Virus record (IMG/VR): IMGVR_UViG_3300016484_001275
Coordinates: 1 to 42,053 of that record
Length of the DNA: 42,053 nucleotides
Origin: a virus
Lineage: Duplodnaviria; Caudoviricetes
Reading direction: 5' to 3' (one strand)
Numbering within the stretch: the stretch's first letter is position 1; every line of letters starts with the position of its first letter. Shown here piece by piece: positions 25,271 through 34,700 of this stretch. The translations under genes and the position numbers were made by a program. The notes beneath the pieces were generated by a model. That model searched no databases. It was not told the origin of the DNA and worked only from the letters and a program-made list of their open reading frames with translations.

Positions 25271-27280
25271 ATGGCGACCGATTACGAGATCAAGGCGAGG
25301 CTATCCGTTGACGCAAAGGCGGCGGCGAACGGCCTCGGGGCGCTCTCCCAGAAGCTCGGATCGCTCGGTCAGGCGCTGCGCGGAACGCAGAGCGGGCTCG
25401 GCTCGATGGTCGGGCAGATGGTCGCGTTCGGCGGTGCGTATCTCGGCGTGACCGCGATGGTCGGCGCGTTCCGCTCACTGACGGCGTCGGCGTTCGAGTT
25501 CGAGAAGCAGGTCGGCGCGGCGCGTCTCGGATTGCAGACGGTGATGTCCCAGATCGAGGGGACGCGGGACAACGCGGGCGAGTGGACCGCGATCGGGTTC
25601 GAGCGCGCGGCTGGTCTCGCGACGCAGACGTACAACGTGCTGCAGGAGATGGCGGTCGAGTCGAGTGCGACGTCCGCCGAGCTGCTGAACATCTTCCAGA
25701 ACGTCTACGGCGCGGGACGTTCGGCGGGCGCGTCGATGGAGACCGTCTACTCGATGACGCAGAACGCTGCGACGGCGGCGGCTGCTCTCGGCGTCGACTT
25801 CCAGCAGGCGTCTCGCGACATGGGCATGATGCTTCGCGGAAGCGCGGGCATGCAGGTCAAGATGTTCTCGACGATGCGCGCCATGAACGCGATCACGATA
25901 AGCGCCGAGGAGTTCAACGACCTATCGCCAGCGGATCGGCTCGCGACGCTACAGCGAGCGCTCCAGGGGTTCGAGGCGGCGAACGCGGCGTACGGTCGAT
26001 CGCTCCCGGGCGCGGTCTCGACGTCGCAGGACTTGTTCGAGCTGTTCCGCGCGTCGCTGTTCGGTCCGCTGTTCGCTCGGATCGCGGAGTCGCTGAACCG
26101 GATGAACGCCTACCTGATCGCGAACAAGACGGCGATCAAGGGGTACCTGACGACCATCGGGTATCGGTTCGCGGATTTCTTCGACGCGACGGTGACGAAG
26201 GCCACGCGCGCGTTCGCGTACATCACCGCGAACTGGGACTCGATTTCCGCACGAGCGAAACACGCGCTCGCGGAGTTCCAGCGGATCTCTCCGATCGTCC
26301 TCTCGTGGGGTCTCGTCTTCGTGAAGATGCGGCTCGCGGCGACGGCGCTCGGGATCGCGTTCTCGGGAGCGTCGACGGTACTCTCTGCCGTCTCCGGTCT
26401 CTCGTCGCTCGCGGGCTCTCTCGGCGTCCTGGGAGGCGCGACGGCGGCGGGAGGGACGGCGGCGGCGGCGGGCGGTGTCGGGGCGGCGGGAGGGGCCGCT
26501 GGAGGGGCGCTCTCGGCTCTCGGCGCGGCGCTCTCTCCGCTGCTCCCGGTCATCGCGGCGATCGGTGCGGCGATCGCGTCGGTGGCGGTCGCGTTCGACA
26601 TGTTCGGCGAGGAGATGAACCCGATGGTGGCCGAGTTCATGGCCATCATGGGAGACGTCGGCGGCGACCTGATGGCGACGTTCGAAGGCATGTGGACGTT
26701 CATCAAGCCGATCCTCGGGTTCCTCGGAGCGATCCTCGGAGGCGTGCTCCTCGTCGCGCTGAAGGGCATCGCGCTCATCCTCCGCGTCGTCTCGATCCAG
26801 TTCCGGATTCTCGGTTCGATCCTCGGGTGGATCGGGGAGAACGTCCTGATGCCGTTCGCGCAGGGCATCGGCGAGGCGTGGACGCAGTTGATGCACTTCC
26901 TCTCGATGCTCTTCGACCAGTTCAACGCGGTCGTCCGGCGGATCCTCGCGTTGATCCCTGGCGACGGTCCGAGCGATGCGGACCTCGAGGCGGGCTCGAC
27001 GTATCGCGCGCCTCGCGGCGGTCTCCCGGGGTACACGGACGAGCGCGGGAACCTTCTCCCGGCGGTCGCTCCTCCGACGACTCCGAACGATCCGACGGGC
27101 GGGATCCCGAACGGTCGACCGACGACGGTGAACGATTTCCGAGGATCGAAAATCACGGTCGAGCAGTCGTTCCGAGAGGCGGATCCGGATCGCGTCGCGG
27201 TTCGGATGATCGAGGACATCCAGAAGTTCGCGGAGCAGCGGATCCAGTCCGGGTTCGCGCCTGCCTTCACGCGGGGCTGA
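25271..27280 (+). CDS. Tape measure protein
   Basis: 669 aa, Ala/Gly-rich helical, with hydrophobic segments and periodic aromatic residues; follows the chaperone. Confidence 0.85.
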   Translation: MATDYEIKARLSVDAKAAANGLGALSQKLGSLGQALRGTQSGLGSMVGQMVAFGGAYLGVTAMVGAFRSLTASAFEFEKQVGAARLGLQTVMSQIEGTRDNAGEWTAIGFERAAGLATQTYNVLQEMAVESSATSAELLNIFQNVYGAGRSAGASMETVYSMTQNAATAAAALGVDFQQASRDMGMMLRGSAGMQVKMFSTMRAMNAITISAEEFNDLSPADRLATLQRALQGFEAANAAYGRSLPGAVSTSQDLFELFRASLFGPLFARIAESLNRMNAYLIANKTAIKGYLTTIGYRFADFFDATVTKATRAFAYITANWDSISARAKHALAEFQRISPIVLSWGLVFVKMRLAATALGIAFSGASTVLSAVSGLSSLAGSLGVLGGATAAGGTAAAAGGVGAAGGAAGGALSALGAALSPLLPVIAAIGAAIASVAVAFDMFGEEMNPMVAEFMAIMGDVGGDLMATFEGMWTFIKPILGFLGAILGGVLLVALKGIALILRVVSIQFRILGSILGWIGENVLMPFAQGIGEAWTQLMHFLSMLFDQFNAVVRRILALIPGDGPSDADLEAGSTYRAPRGGLPGYTDERGNLLPAVAPPTTPNDPTGGIPNGRPTTVNDFRGSKITVEQSFREADPDRVAVRMIEDIQKFAEQRIQSGFAPAFTRG

Positions 27281-27288
27281 GGTAGACC

Positions 27289-28401
27289 ATGGCGGGCAAC
27301 GAGATCGTGATCGAGGAGGTCGGCGGGACGCGACCGATCCGCGTCGTCCTGCGCGGGCGCGCGATGCCGTACCGAGGGATCGAGACTCCCGGGACTCAGC
27401 GCGTGCAGACGACGTGGTACGCCGGGAACCCGAAGGCGACGCAGCAGATCCTCGGAGCGACGCTCGAGCCGACGACGCTGAACGGTCGCTGGAAGTCGAA
27501 GTACATCCGGATCGGGTACCGGGACGCGGGCGCGGACGTCGAGATTGAAAACGCGCCGGAGGTGCTCTCGGCGGCAAGCGGCGTCGTCGACGACAACCCG
27601 GCGGGTCTCGTCGTCTCCCTGTTCGAGCGGCTCCGAGACCGAGGGAAAGAGATCCGGTTCACCTGGGGCGAGGTCATCCGATACGGGACGATCGCGGAGT
27701 TCCGCCCGACGTGGGACCGTCCGGAGGACGTCGGCTGGTCGCTCACGGTCGCGTGGAACGGGACGACTGAGCGGGCGCCTCGGAGCTCGCGGACGGCGTC
27801 TCTCGGCCAGGGCGTGCGCACGGCGCTGGTGCGTACCGACGATGCCCTCGTTCGGATGCCACGGGCGATGGATCTGACGGCGGCGCAGCGGCTGATCAAC
27901 AAGATGGAGTCGGTCCGGGCGAGCGTGCTCGGCGTGATCGGGTACTCGCGGATCGCGCTCGGCGTGGCCCTGATCCCGGCTCGCGTCGTGCAGGGACTCG
28001 CGGCGGCGGTGGTCTCGGTTCGGCAGGAGGTCGAGGCGGTTGCGTACGACACGCTCGCGGTCTCCTACGAGACGGTGACGTCCCTCGACACGGTGACGAA
28101 CGTATTCGCGGTCGAGGACTTCCGGCGGAGCGTCGGCGTCGAGGCGTCGATCATCTCCGCTCGAGCGATCCGCGAGCGCGAGGACATGCGAGCGCTCCGC
28201 GCGGACCTGACGGGCGCGCAGACGCATCGCGTCGAGGACGGCGAGACGCTCCGACGGATCGCGGCGGCGTACTACGGGAGCGCGGACGCGTGGACCGCGA
28301 TCGCGGAGGCGAACGACCTCGACTCGTCGGACGTCGCGACGGGCACGCTGCTCTTCATTCCTCCGCGCCAGGCGAAGTCGAGCGGCGGAGGTGAACCGTG
28401 A
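27289..28401 (+). CDS. Tail tube initiator-like protein with C-terminal LysM domain
   Basis: HRVEDGETLRRIAAAYYGSADAWTAIAEANDL...GTLLFIP is a LysM; position after tape measure. Confidence 0.8.
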   Translation: MAGNEIVIEEVGGTRPIRVVLRGRAMPYRGIETPGTQRVQTTWYAGNPKATQQILGATLEPTTLNGRWKSKYIRIGYRDAGADVEIENAPEVLSAASGVVDDNPAGLVVSLFERLRDRGKEIRFTWGEVIRYGTIAEFRPTWDRPEDVGWSLTVAWNGTTERAPRSSRTASLGQGVRTALVRTDDALVRMPRAMDLTAAQRLINKMESVRASVLGVIGYSRIALGVALIPARVVQGLAAAVVSVRQEVEAVAYDTLAVSYETVTSLDTVTNVFAVEDFRRSVGVEASIISARAIREREDMRALRADLTGAQTHRVEDGETLRRIAAAYYGSADAWTAIAEANDLDSSDVATGTLLFIPPRQAKSSGGGEP

Positions 28402-30443
28402 CGTTCCGGCCGTCTGCCCAAGCGCTCGTCTGGTTCCGCGTCGACGAGCTGAACGCGACGTCCCCATTCGACCGCGTCGTGTCGGCTCAGGCTCGCGCGT
28501 CGACCTCGCGCGGCGTCGCGACGATGCCGGCCACGGCGACGGCGACTCAGCTCGCGAACCCGAGCGCGGCCCTGTCCGAGGTCGCGGAGAGCAAGATGCA
28601 GCTGATCGAGGACCGACGGAGCGGGGCGATCTCGGACACGGAGTTCGACGTAGCGTTCCGCAGCCTGGAGGCTCGACGCGAGATGCTTCTGCAGGAGCAG
28701 GCATCTCCGGCGAACCAGCCGCGCCCCTGGGCGCTTCTCGGGTCGTCGCCGGACGACTCGTTCGGGCGGTTTGGGATCCAACCGATCTCGGTCGAGATCC
28801 AGAAGAACGGTTTCCGGGCGGCGGACACGGCGACGATGACCGTCGACTGGCGCACGATTCCGTTCGACCCGCGCATCATCCGGTCGGCGGCGGTCGAGAT
28901 CGTCGTCGGCGTCGTCGACCAGGACGACTTCGCGCGCGGGATGGCGGGCGTCGTCGATCCGTTCTCCGGGCTCCCGATCTCGATCATCGGACAGAACCCG
29001 GGCTCGCCGTCACCGACGTCATCGACGCGCTTCTCCGGATGGGTCGACGAGTGGGGGATCGTCTTCGACGAGGAGTCGAAGGTCGACTTGAAGATGCGCG
29101 ACTTCACGTCGCTGTTCCTGGACACGCCGCTCGACCCGGCGGCGACGATCAACCCGAATCTGCCCGTGGACAAGGCGATCTCGGGGATGCTCTCGAACTA
29201 TCCGACGCTGGCCGGCTTCCCGGTGAACTACGTCGCGGATCCGGACCGAGAGGGGAACGCACCGGCGCCGTCTCTCGGCAGCGGCGTTCCGGCGACGCGT
29301 CGCGCGCGGCGCGGGCGCGGAGGGAATACGCCTCGGAGCGGCGACCAGCGCATGAACCTCTGGGACCACATCACGGACGTATGCGTCTCGCTCGGGCTCG
29401 TTCCGACGGTACGGGGGTACCAGCTCGACATCGTCGAGCCGACGACCCAGTACACGACGAAGAACACCCGCCGGATGATCTACGGGCGGAACCTCTCCAA
29501 GCTCGAATACTCGCGGAAGCTCGGCGGCGTGAAGGTCCCGACGATCGAGGTGCGAGCGTACGATCCGACGATCGGCCGAATCCGCTGGGCGCGGTGGCCG
29601 TTCCTCGCGACCGAGCACGGCGCGGGCGTCCTCGGCGTGACCCGTCCTCCGCTCCCGATGCGCGCGGACTCGATCACGCCGAGCGGTCTTCGCGTCGAGG
29701 AGCGCGTGCAGACGTTCGTCGTGAAGCCGACCACGGACGTCGCGACGATGATCCGCGCGGCGCGGGCGATCTTCGAACAGATCGGACGTCAGGAAGTGGA
29801 GGGTTCGTTCGAGACGAACGACGTCAGCTCGTGGGACATCCAGAACGACCGGGTGAGGCCGGAGGAGCTCGCGGACCTTCTGCAGCTCGCGCCCGGGGAC
29901 GCGCTCGAGCTGCTCGTGGCGGCGTCGAATCCGAGACGTCCGGAAGAGATGGCGACGACGCAGACCGACTGGATCGCGATGGAGCGCTCCGCGCGCTCGG
30001 ATTACCTCGTCACGATGGGGATGAATCGGACGCTCGCGAATCGGATCGCGTCGTTGCAGGACGTCGTCTCCACGATGCTCTTCCGGACGCAGGAGGTGAC
30101 GATCAAGTTCTCGAACGAGACCGGGATCGGGATCACCGTCTCGTTCGCGAACTTCCTGGAAGCTCGCGAGACGCGGAGCGCGGGCGACAGGCAGATCGGG
30201 GCGTTCCTGAACGGGACGCCGTCGGCGCAGGCGGAGGCGGTGGCGCGGAACAACGCGGGGTTCCCAGCGCTGCTGCAAGGTGTGATCGCGACGTCCGAAG
30301 AAAGATCGGCGGCGTTCGAGGCGGCGACGACGGTGACCGATTCGAGCGGTCTCCCGGCGGCTCCTGGCGCGGAGGAAGTCGCGCGAGTGAATGCGTCGGT
30401 GGCGAACGAGATCGCGACGAACGGACTCGGAGGTGACTCGTGA
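28398..30443 (+). CDS. Baseplate hub protein (P2 gpD/Mu gp44-like)
   Basis: ADTATMTV, FSGWVDEW, RDFTSLFLD, YGRNLSKLEYSR; between the LysM and spike genes. Confidence 0.7.
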   Translation: MTFRPSAQALVWFRVDELNATSPFDRVVSAQARASTSRGVATMPATATATQLANPSAALSEVAESKMQLIEDRRSGAISDTEFDVAFRSLEARREMLLQEQASPANQPRPWALLGSSPDDSFGRFGIQPISVEIQKNGFRAADTATMTVDWRTIPFDPRIIRSAAVEIVVGVVDQDDFARGMAGVVDPFSGLPISIIGQNPGSPSPTSSTRFSGWVDEWGIVFDEESKVDLKMRDFTSLFLDTPLDPAATINPNLPVDKAISGMLSNYPTLAGFPVNYVADPDREGNAPAPSLGSGVPATRRARRGRGGNTPRSGDQRMNLWDHITDVCVSLGLVPTVRGYQLDIVEPTTQYTTKNTRRMIYGRNLSKLEYSRKLGGVKVPTIEVRAYDPTIGRIRWARWPFLATEHGAGVLGVTRPPLPMRADSITPSGLRVEERVQTFVVKPTTDVATMIRAARAIFEQIGRQEVEGSFETNDVSSWDIQNDRVRPEELADLLQLAPGDALELLVAASNPRRPEEMATTQTDWIAMERSARSDYLVTMGMNRTLANRIASLQDVVSTMLFRTQEVTIKFSNETGIGITVSFANFLEARETRSAGDRQIGAFLNGTPSAQAEAVARNNAGFPALLQGVIATSEERSAAFEAATTVTDSSGLPAAPGAEEVARVNASVANEIATNGLGGDS

Positions 30444-31153
30444 GGAGCAACGCGCGGACGCGTCGACCGGACGTCGGTCGGATTCGGGAGTCGGTCTCGG
30501 GACCGGGCATCGACACACGGTCGTGGATCGCGGCGGCGCGGATCGACGATGACCCGGACGCGATCCAGTTCCTGCCCGGGTTCGGGTGGGTCGCGGACGT
30601 GACGTTCCACTCGGGCGCGCTGATGGGCGAGGGGCCGGTGCCGTGTCGCGTCCTCTCGGCGTTCGGTTCTCCGAACGAGGGGACGTCGTGCCCGGTCTCG
30701 CGCGGCGCGGAGGTTCTCGTCGCGATCACCGACGGGGACCTGGGCGTTCAGCCGGTCATCCTGGGGTACCTGCACAACCCGACGACCGACCCCCTCCCGA
30801 CGTCGGTGAACGGGCAGCCGGTGAACGAGGGGACGGCGGAAACGACCGTGTTCGCGAAGACGAACGAGGGGCTGAACGCGGAGTTCGGCGGACCGGTTCG
30901 CGTGTCGTCGTCGGTGAAGCTCTCGGCGGAGGCTCCGCAGGTCGCGCTCGCGGACGAGAACGCGACCCAGTCGTTCATCCGGGGGAACGACTTCCAGACG
31001 GCCAGCAACGCGTTCACGGCGGCGATCGGGACGTTCGCGGCGGGACTCGTCCCTCCGCCTCCGCCTGCGGTTCTCGGGGCGCTGAACACGGCGATCGCGG
31101 CGTACAACCTCGCGGTCGCGGCGGCGCTCTCGACGAGGGTTCGGGGAGAGTGA
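30440..31153 (+). CDS. Baseplate central spike (gpV/gp45-like)
   Basis: OB-fold-like PVSRGAEVLVAITDGD..QPVILG; C-terminal IRGNDF...ALSTRVRGE. Confidence 0.7.
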   Translation: MRSNARTRRPDVGRIRESVSGPGIDTRSWIAAARIDDDPDAIQFLPGFGWVADVTFHSGALMGEGPVPCRVLSAFGSPNEGTSCPVSRGAEVLVAITDGDLGVQPVILGYLHNPTTDPLPTSVNGQPVNEGTAETTVFAKTNEGLNAEFGGPVRVSSSVKLSAEAPQVALADENATQSFIRGNDFQTASNAFTAAIGTFAAGLVPPPPPAVLGALNTAIAAYNLAVAAALSTRVRGE

Positions 31154-31184
31154 CTCGGGCTCCGTGAGCGGCTACGCTCGCGAC

Positions 31185-32750
31185 ATGCCCGCATCGATGA
31201 TCATCGACCAGGTCGGCATTCCTGCCGGCGTCCCGAACTTCTCGCGTACCGACGGAAGCCTGTTCGGTGGCGAGGTGACTCTCACCAGCGTCGGAGGCGG
31301 CGCGACGCATCGATTCGAGCTGCTCTGGGTTCCTCCGGAGGACACGAGCGCGGTCGCGTCGCTCGCGCAGTCGGGGCCTACGGAGTGGAAGTTCACGCCG
31401 CTCCCTGGCGCTTTCGGGACGTATCGAATCCTTCTCGTCGTGAACGAGGGCACGCCGTCGGAGTCGAGGCAGATCCGGACGTTCGCGATTCGGTCTCCGT
31501 ACGCGACGATCGTGATCCCGGCGGCGAACGAGATCGCGGATCCGACGGCGACGCTCGCGAACCAGGTGAGCCGGATCCAGTCGAGCGAGAGCAACGAGGC
31601 GTTCGGGCCGTTCGTCGGCGGTTCGGCGTTCGGCTGGTGGCGAGCGTTCGCGGAGATGGCGCAGGTCGTCGAAGCGCTGTCGAGCGGCGCAGGCGGCGGA
31701 GGGTACCAGGCTCCGGCGATCATCGTCGGGAACGCGGCGGCGGGCGATACGGCGGCGGACTGCGACTTTCTGGAGAACGGCGACGGGACCGCGATTCCGC
31801 TCGCGATCCTCGTCGCGCAGGGCGGGATGCCGAAGGACATCTGGATCCGCCCCGGGGGTTACCAGTGGGACGCGATGGCGGCGGGGTTCGAGTCGCAGAC
31901 GATCACGATCTCGGCTCCGATCACGATTCGCGGAGCGGGTCGGTCGATGGTTCAGATCCAGGGCAACTCTCTCGACCGGGGGATGTTCGACCTCGACGAG
32001 AACGCGACGATCATGGACCTGACGATCACGGTCCCGGTGTACGGCGTCTCGGGATCGATCGCGACGCACCCGGTCATCCTGACGCGCGGAAACGCGATCC
32101 GCGTCGACGTGAACGCGTCGAGCATCAACCCGGCGGACAACGGAGATCCGTTCCAGGGCGCGATCTACATCGCGGAGAACTTCTCGAACACGAGCCACTC
32201 CAGCGTCATCGACTGCAACCTGCGGGGCGTGCGGCGTCTCTCGGTGAGCGTCTACACGACGAAGGGGATCGCGGTGGCGAGCGGCCACGACGCGGTGATC
32301 GAGCGCTGCACGATCTCGGACTTCGACTCCGGTGTCGGCGCGTCTGGCTACCGCGTGAAGGTCCTCGACAACGTGATCGCGGGGCACACGGGCGCGGGCA
32401 TCGGGCTCCTTCAGGCGCTCGGGTGTCTCGCGCGCGGCAACACGATCAAGGACCACTTCGCGCTTCTGCAGCCGGTCGGCATTCACCTCACGGACTACGC
32501 GTCGTACTGCACGATCAGCGAGAACATGATCCAGGGCGACGCGACGGTGATCGGGATCTTCTCCGAGGGGACGACGCAGGCGAACCGGAACCAGATCCTG
32601 GGCAACCAGGTCGCGTGCAGCGGTTCGCCCAACTCGATCGTTCTCTCCGCGAACACGACGAACACGATCGTCGCATCGAACGTCACCGACACAGGCGCGA
32701 TCGTCGACTCCGGTACGGGCAACGTCCTCGCTCACAACATGGTGTCCTGA
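31185..32750 (+). CDS. Virion protein with Ig/PKD-like N-terminus and right-handed beta-helix (tailspike-like)
   Basis: FTPLPGAFGTYRILLVVN; IWIRPGGY...ITIRGAG; repeated N-x-I beta-helix rungs; start 31185 chosen from the TACGCT-6nt-ATG pattern. Confidence 0.7.
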   Translation: MPASMIIDQVGIPAGVPNFSRTDGSLFGGEVTLTSVGGGATHRFELLWVPPEDTSAVASLAQSGPTEWKFTPLPGAFGTYRILLVVNEGTPSESRQIRTFAIRSPYATIVIPAANEIADPTATLANQVSRIQSSESNEAFGPFVGGSAFGWWRAFAEMAQVVEALSSGAGGGGYQAPAIIVGNAAAGDTAADCDFLENGDGTAIPLAILVAQGGMPKDIWIRPGGYQWDAMAAGFESQTITISAPITIRGAGRSMVQIQGNSLDRGMFDLDENATIMDLTITVPVYGVSGSIATHPVILTRGNAIRVDVNASSINPADNGDPFQGAIYIAENFSNTSHSSVIDCNLRGVRRLSVSVYTTKGIAVASGHDAVIERCTISDFDSGVGASGYRVKVLDNVIAGHTGAGIGLLQALGCLARGNTIKDHFALLQPVGIHLTDYASYCTISENMIQGDATVIGIFSEGTTQANRNQILGNQVACSGSPNSIVLSANTTNTIVASNVTDTGAIVDSGTGNVLAHNMVS

Positions 32751-33577
32751 TGACCTGTGGAGCGTTCGGATCGGGCGGCGTCGGCGCGGTCGCGTTCGGA
32801 TCGGGGAGCCTGATCGGAACGTCTCTCGTCGGCGTGCAGAGCGACGAGAACGGCGTCGAGGTCCGGTTCGTCGGGATGCTCGTCACGCCGAACCCGACGG
32901 GTGTCGATCCTCTCGACGTCGTCGGCTGGTCGATCGTAAAGGTGGACCCGATGGTCGAGGGCTCCGCGCTTCCGCTCGTGCAGGCGATCGAGCCGATCGA
33001 CTCGACGTCGGTTCGCGTTCTCGCGGACGCGAAGTTCACGCCGGGGCAGGGGTACGCGGCGGTGTACCTCCCGATCGTCGACGACGATTGCGGCGTGACG
33101 GGCGCGGCGTCGTTCGTCGCGTACCGGTGGCAGCTCCAGGACGGCCCGAGCGCGGGCGGGCAGACGCGGGGTCGATTCGACCTCGCGAACCCGCAGGCTC
33201 AGCCTGACGCGGCCGGCAACGTGTCGGTCCTCGGGACGATGCAGGTGGACTCGACGGGCGACCTCGCGATCGAGACCGGGATCCCGTACCTCCGGAAGCG
33301 GATCGTGCGGCGGCTGACGACGCGCAAGGGCGCGTTCGTCGACCTCCCGGGGTACGGGCTCGCGATTCCGATCGGGCGGCTCGCGCGGGCGTCGGAGCTG
33401 CTCCGCATCAAGCTCGACGCGCAGGAGCAGATCGCGACGGAGCCCGACGTCGACGCGGTCCGCGTCTCTCTCTCGTCTCCGGCTCCCGGCGTCGTCCGGA
33501 TGGTCGTTCGCGTTCAAACAGTCGACGGCGTCTCCGACACGTTCGACGTAACCGTTCGAGGTGGCTCAGGTGCCTGA
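32750..33577 (+). CDS. Baseplate wedge subunit (gp25/gpW/gp46-like) with N-terminal extension
   Basis: GDLAIETG..YLRKRIVRRLTTRKG..VDLPGYG...EPDVDAV; directly before baseplate J. Confidence 0.75.
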   Translation: MTCGAFGSGGVGAVAFGSGSLIGTSLVGVQSDENGVEVRFVGMLVTPNPTGVDPLDVVGWSIVKVDPMVEGSALPLVQAIEPIDSTSVRVLADAKFTPGQGYAAVYLPIVDDDCGVTGAASFVAYRWQLQDGPSAGGQTRGRFDLANPQAQPDAAGNVSVLGTMQVDSTGDLAIETGIPYLRKRIVRRLTTRKGAFVDLPGYGLAIPIGRLARASELLRIKLDAQEQIATEPDVDAVRVSLSSPAPGVVRMVVRVQTVDGVSDTFDVTVRGGSGA

Positions 33578-34700
33578 CTTTCCTACGCGTGCAGAACTGT
33601 TCCAGGTCGGTGCTGACGCCGTTCTCGTCCGAGCGGACGCGCGTCCGGAGGGACGTCGTCTGACGCCGGACGAGGTGTACACGGAGGGCTCGGACATCAA
33701 CCTCGTCCTGAACGGCGCGGCGGCGATGGCGCACGAGGTCGTCTACCAGTCGATGCGTCGGATCAAGGCGATGACGCTCGACGGTGCGGAGGCGGAGGAT
33801 CTGGATCGGCTCGTCGCGGATCGGTTCTCTCCGACGATCGTTCGGAAGGGCGCGAGCGCGTCGGTGGTCCCGCTCGTCTTCTCTCGCGTGAGCGGTCCTC
33901 TCGCGGGCGTCGTCGTTCCGATCGGGACGCGGTTCAAGACCGAGACGGGGCTCGAGTTCGAGCTGCTCGCACCGATGGCGATGGCACCGGGATCGAACGG
34001 TCCCGTTTCCGCGTCGGCTCGTGCGACGGCGTCGGGTTCGGCGACGAACGTCGCGGAGAACACGATCACGATTCCGAGCACGCCGCTCGCGGATCCGAAC
34101 CTGACCGTGACGAACCTCGAGCGTGCGACGGGCGGAGACGACACGGAGCGCGACGCGTCGCTGCGAGCTCGAGCTCGGGCGTACTACCTCGCGGTGCGGC
34201 GCGGAACGGTCGCGGCGGTCCAGTTCGGAGCGCTGACGGTTCCGGGCGTCCGGAGCGCGACGGTGATCGAACAGCTCGATGTCCTCGGGAACCCGAACGG
34301 GATCGTGAACGTCTACATCGCGGACGCGTCGGGGAACGCGAACAGCCTGCTGGTGAACGCGGTCGTGATCGCGCTCTACGAGTACCGGGCGGCGGGCGTG
34401 ATCGTGAACGTCGTCGGCGCGGTCCCGGTGTACCAGGCGTTCGTCCTCCGGCCGAGGTTCGAGGCGGGCGTGGATGCCACCGTCGCGTTCGATCGCGTTC
34501 GTCTCGCGGTCGCGGCGGCGGTGAACGCGCTCGCTCCTCAGCAGGTGCTCGCGCTCTCGCTCGTCATCGAGGCGATGCGCCGCGTCCCGGGCGTGATCGT
34601 TCTCGATGACGCGATCGTCTCTCCGGTCGGCGACGTCGTCCCGGCGTCCGGACAGGTCGTCAAGACGACTCTCGACCTGATTACGGCGGTGGCTCCGTGA
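33561..34700 (+). CDS. Baseplate J/gp47-like wedge protein
   Basis: AEAEDLDRL, PIGTRFKT, GSATNVAENTI, TGGDDTERDASLRAR, RRGT, VPGV motifs. Confidence 0.9.
   Translation: MAQVPDFPTRAELFQVGADAVLVRADARPEGRRLTPDEVYTEGSDINLVLNGAAAMAHEVVYQSMRRIKAMTLDGAEAEDLDRLVADRFSPTIVRKGASASVVPLVFSRVSGPLAGVVVPIGTRFKTETGLEFELLAPMAMAPGSNGPVSASARATASGSATNVAENTITIPSTPLADPNLTVTNLERATGGDDTERDASLRARARAYYLAVRRGTVAAVQFGALTVPGVRSATVIEQLDVLGNPNGIVNVYIADASGNANSLLVNAVVIALYEYRAAGVIVNVVGAVPVYQAFVLRPRFEAGVDATVAFDRVRLAVAAAVNALAPQQVLALSLVIEAMRRVPGVIVLDDAIVSPVGDVVPASGQVVKTTLDLITAVAP

Noticed and set aside
25582-27285. Long alternative-frame + strand ORFs overlapping real genes (also 28391-30436, 7260-8759, 5541-6773)
   Set aside because: Arg/Gly-rich low-information translations with no motifs, fully overlapping better-supported CDSs
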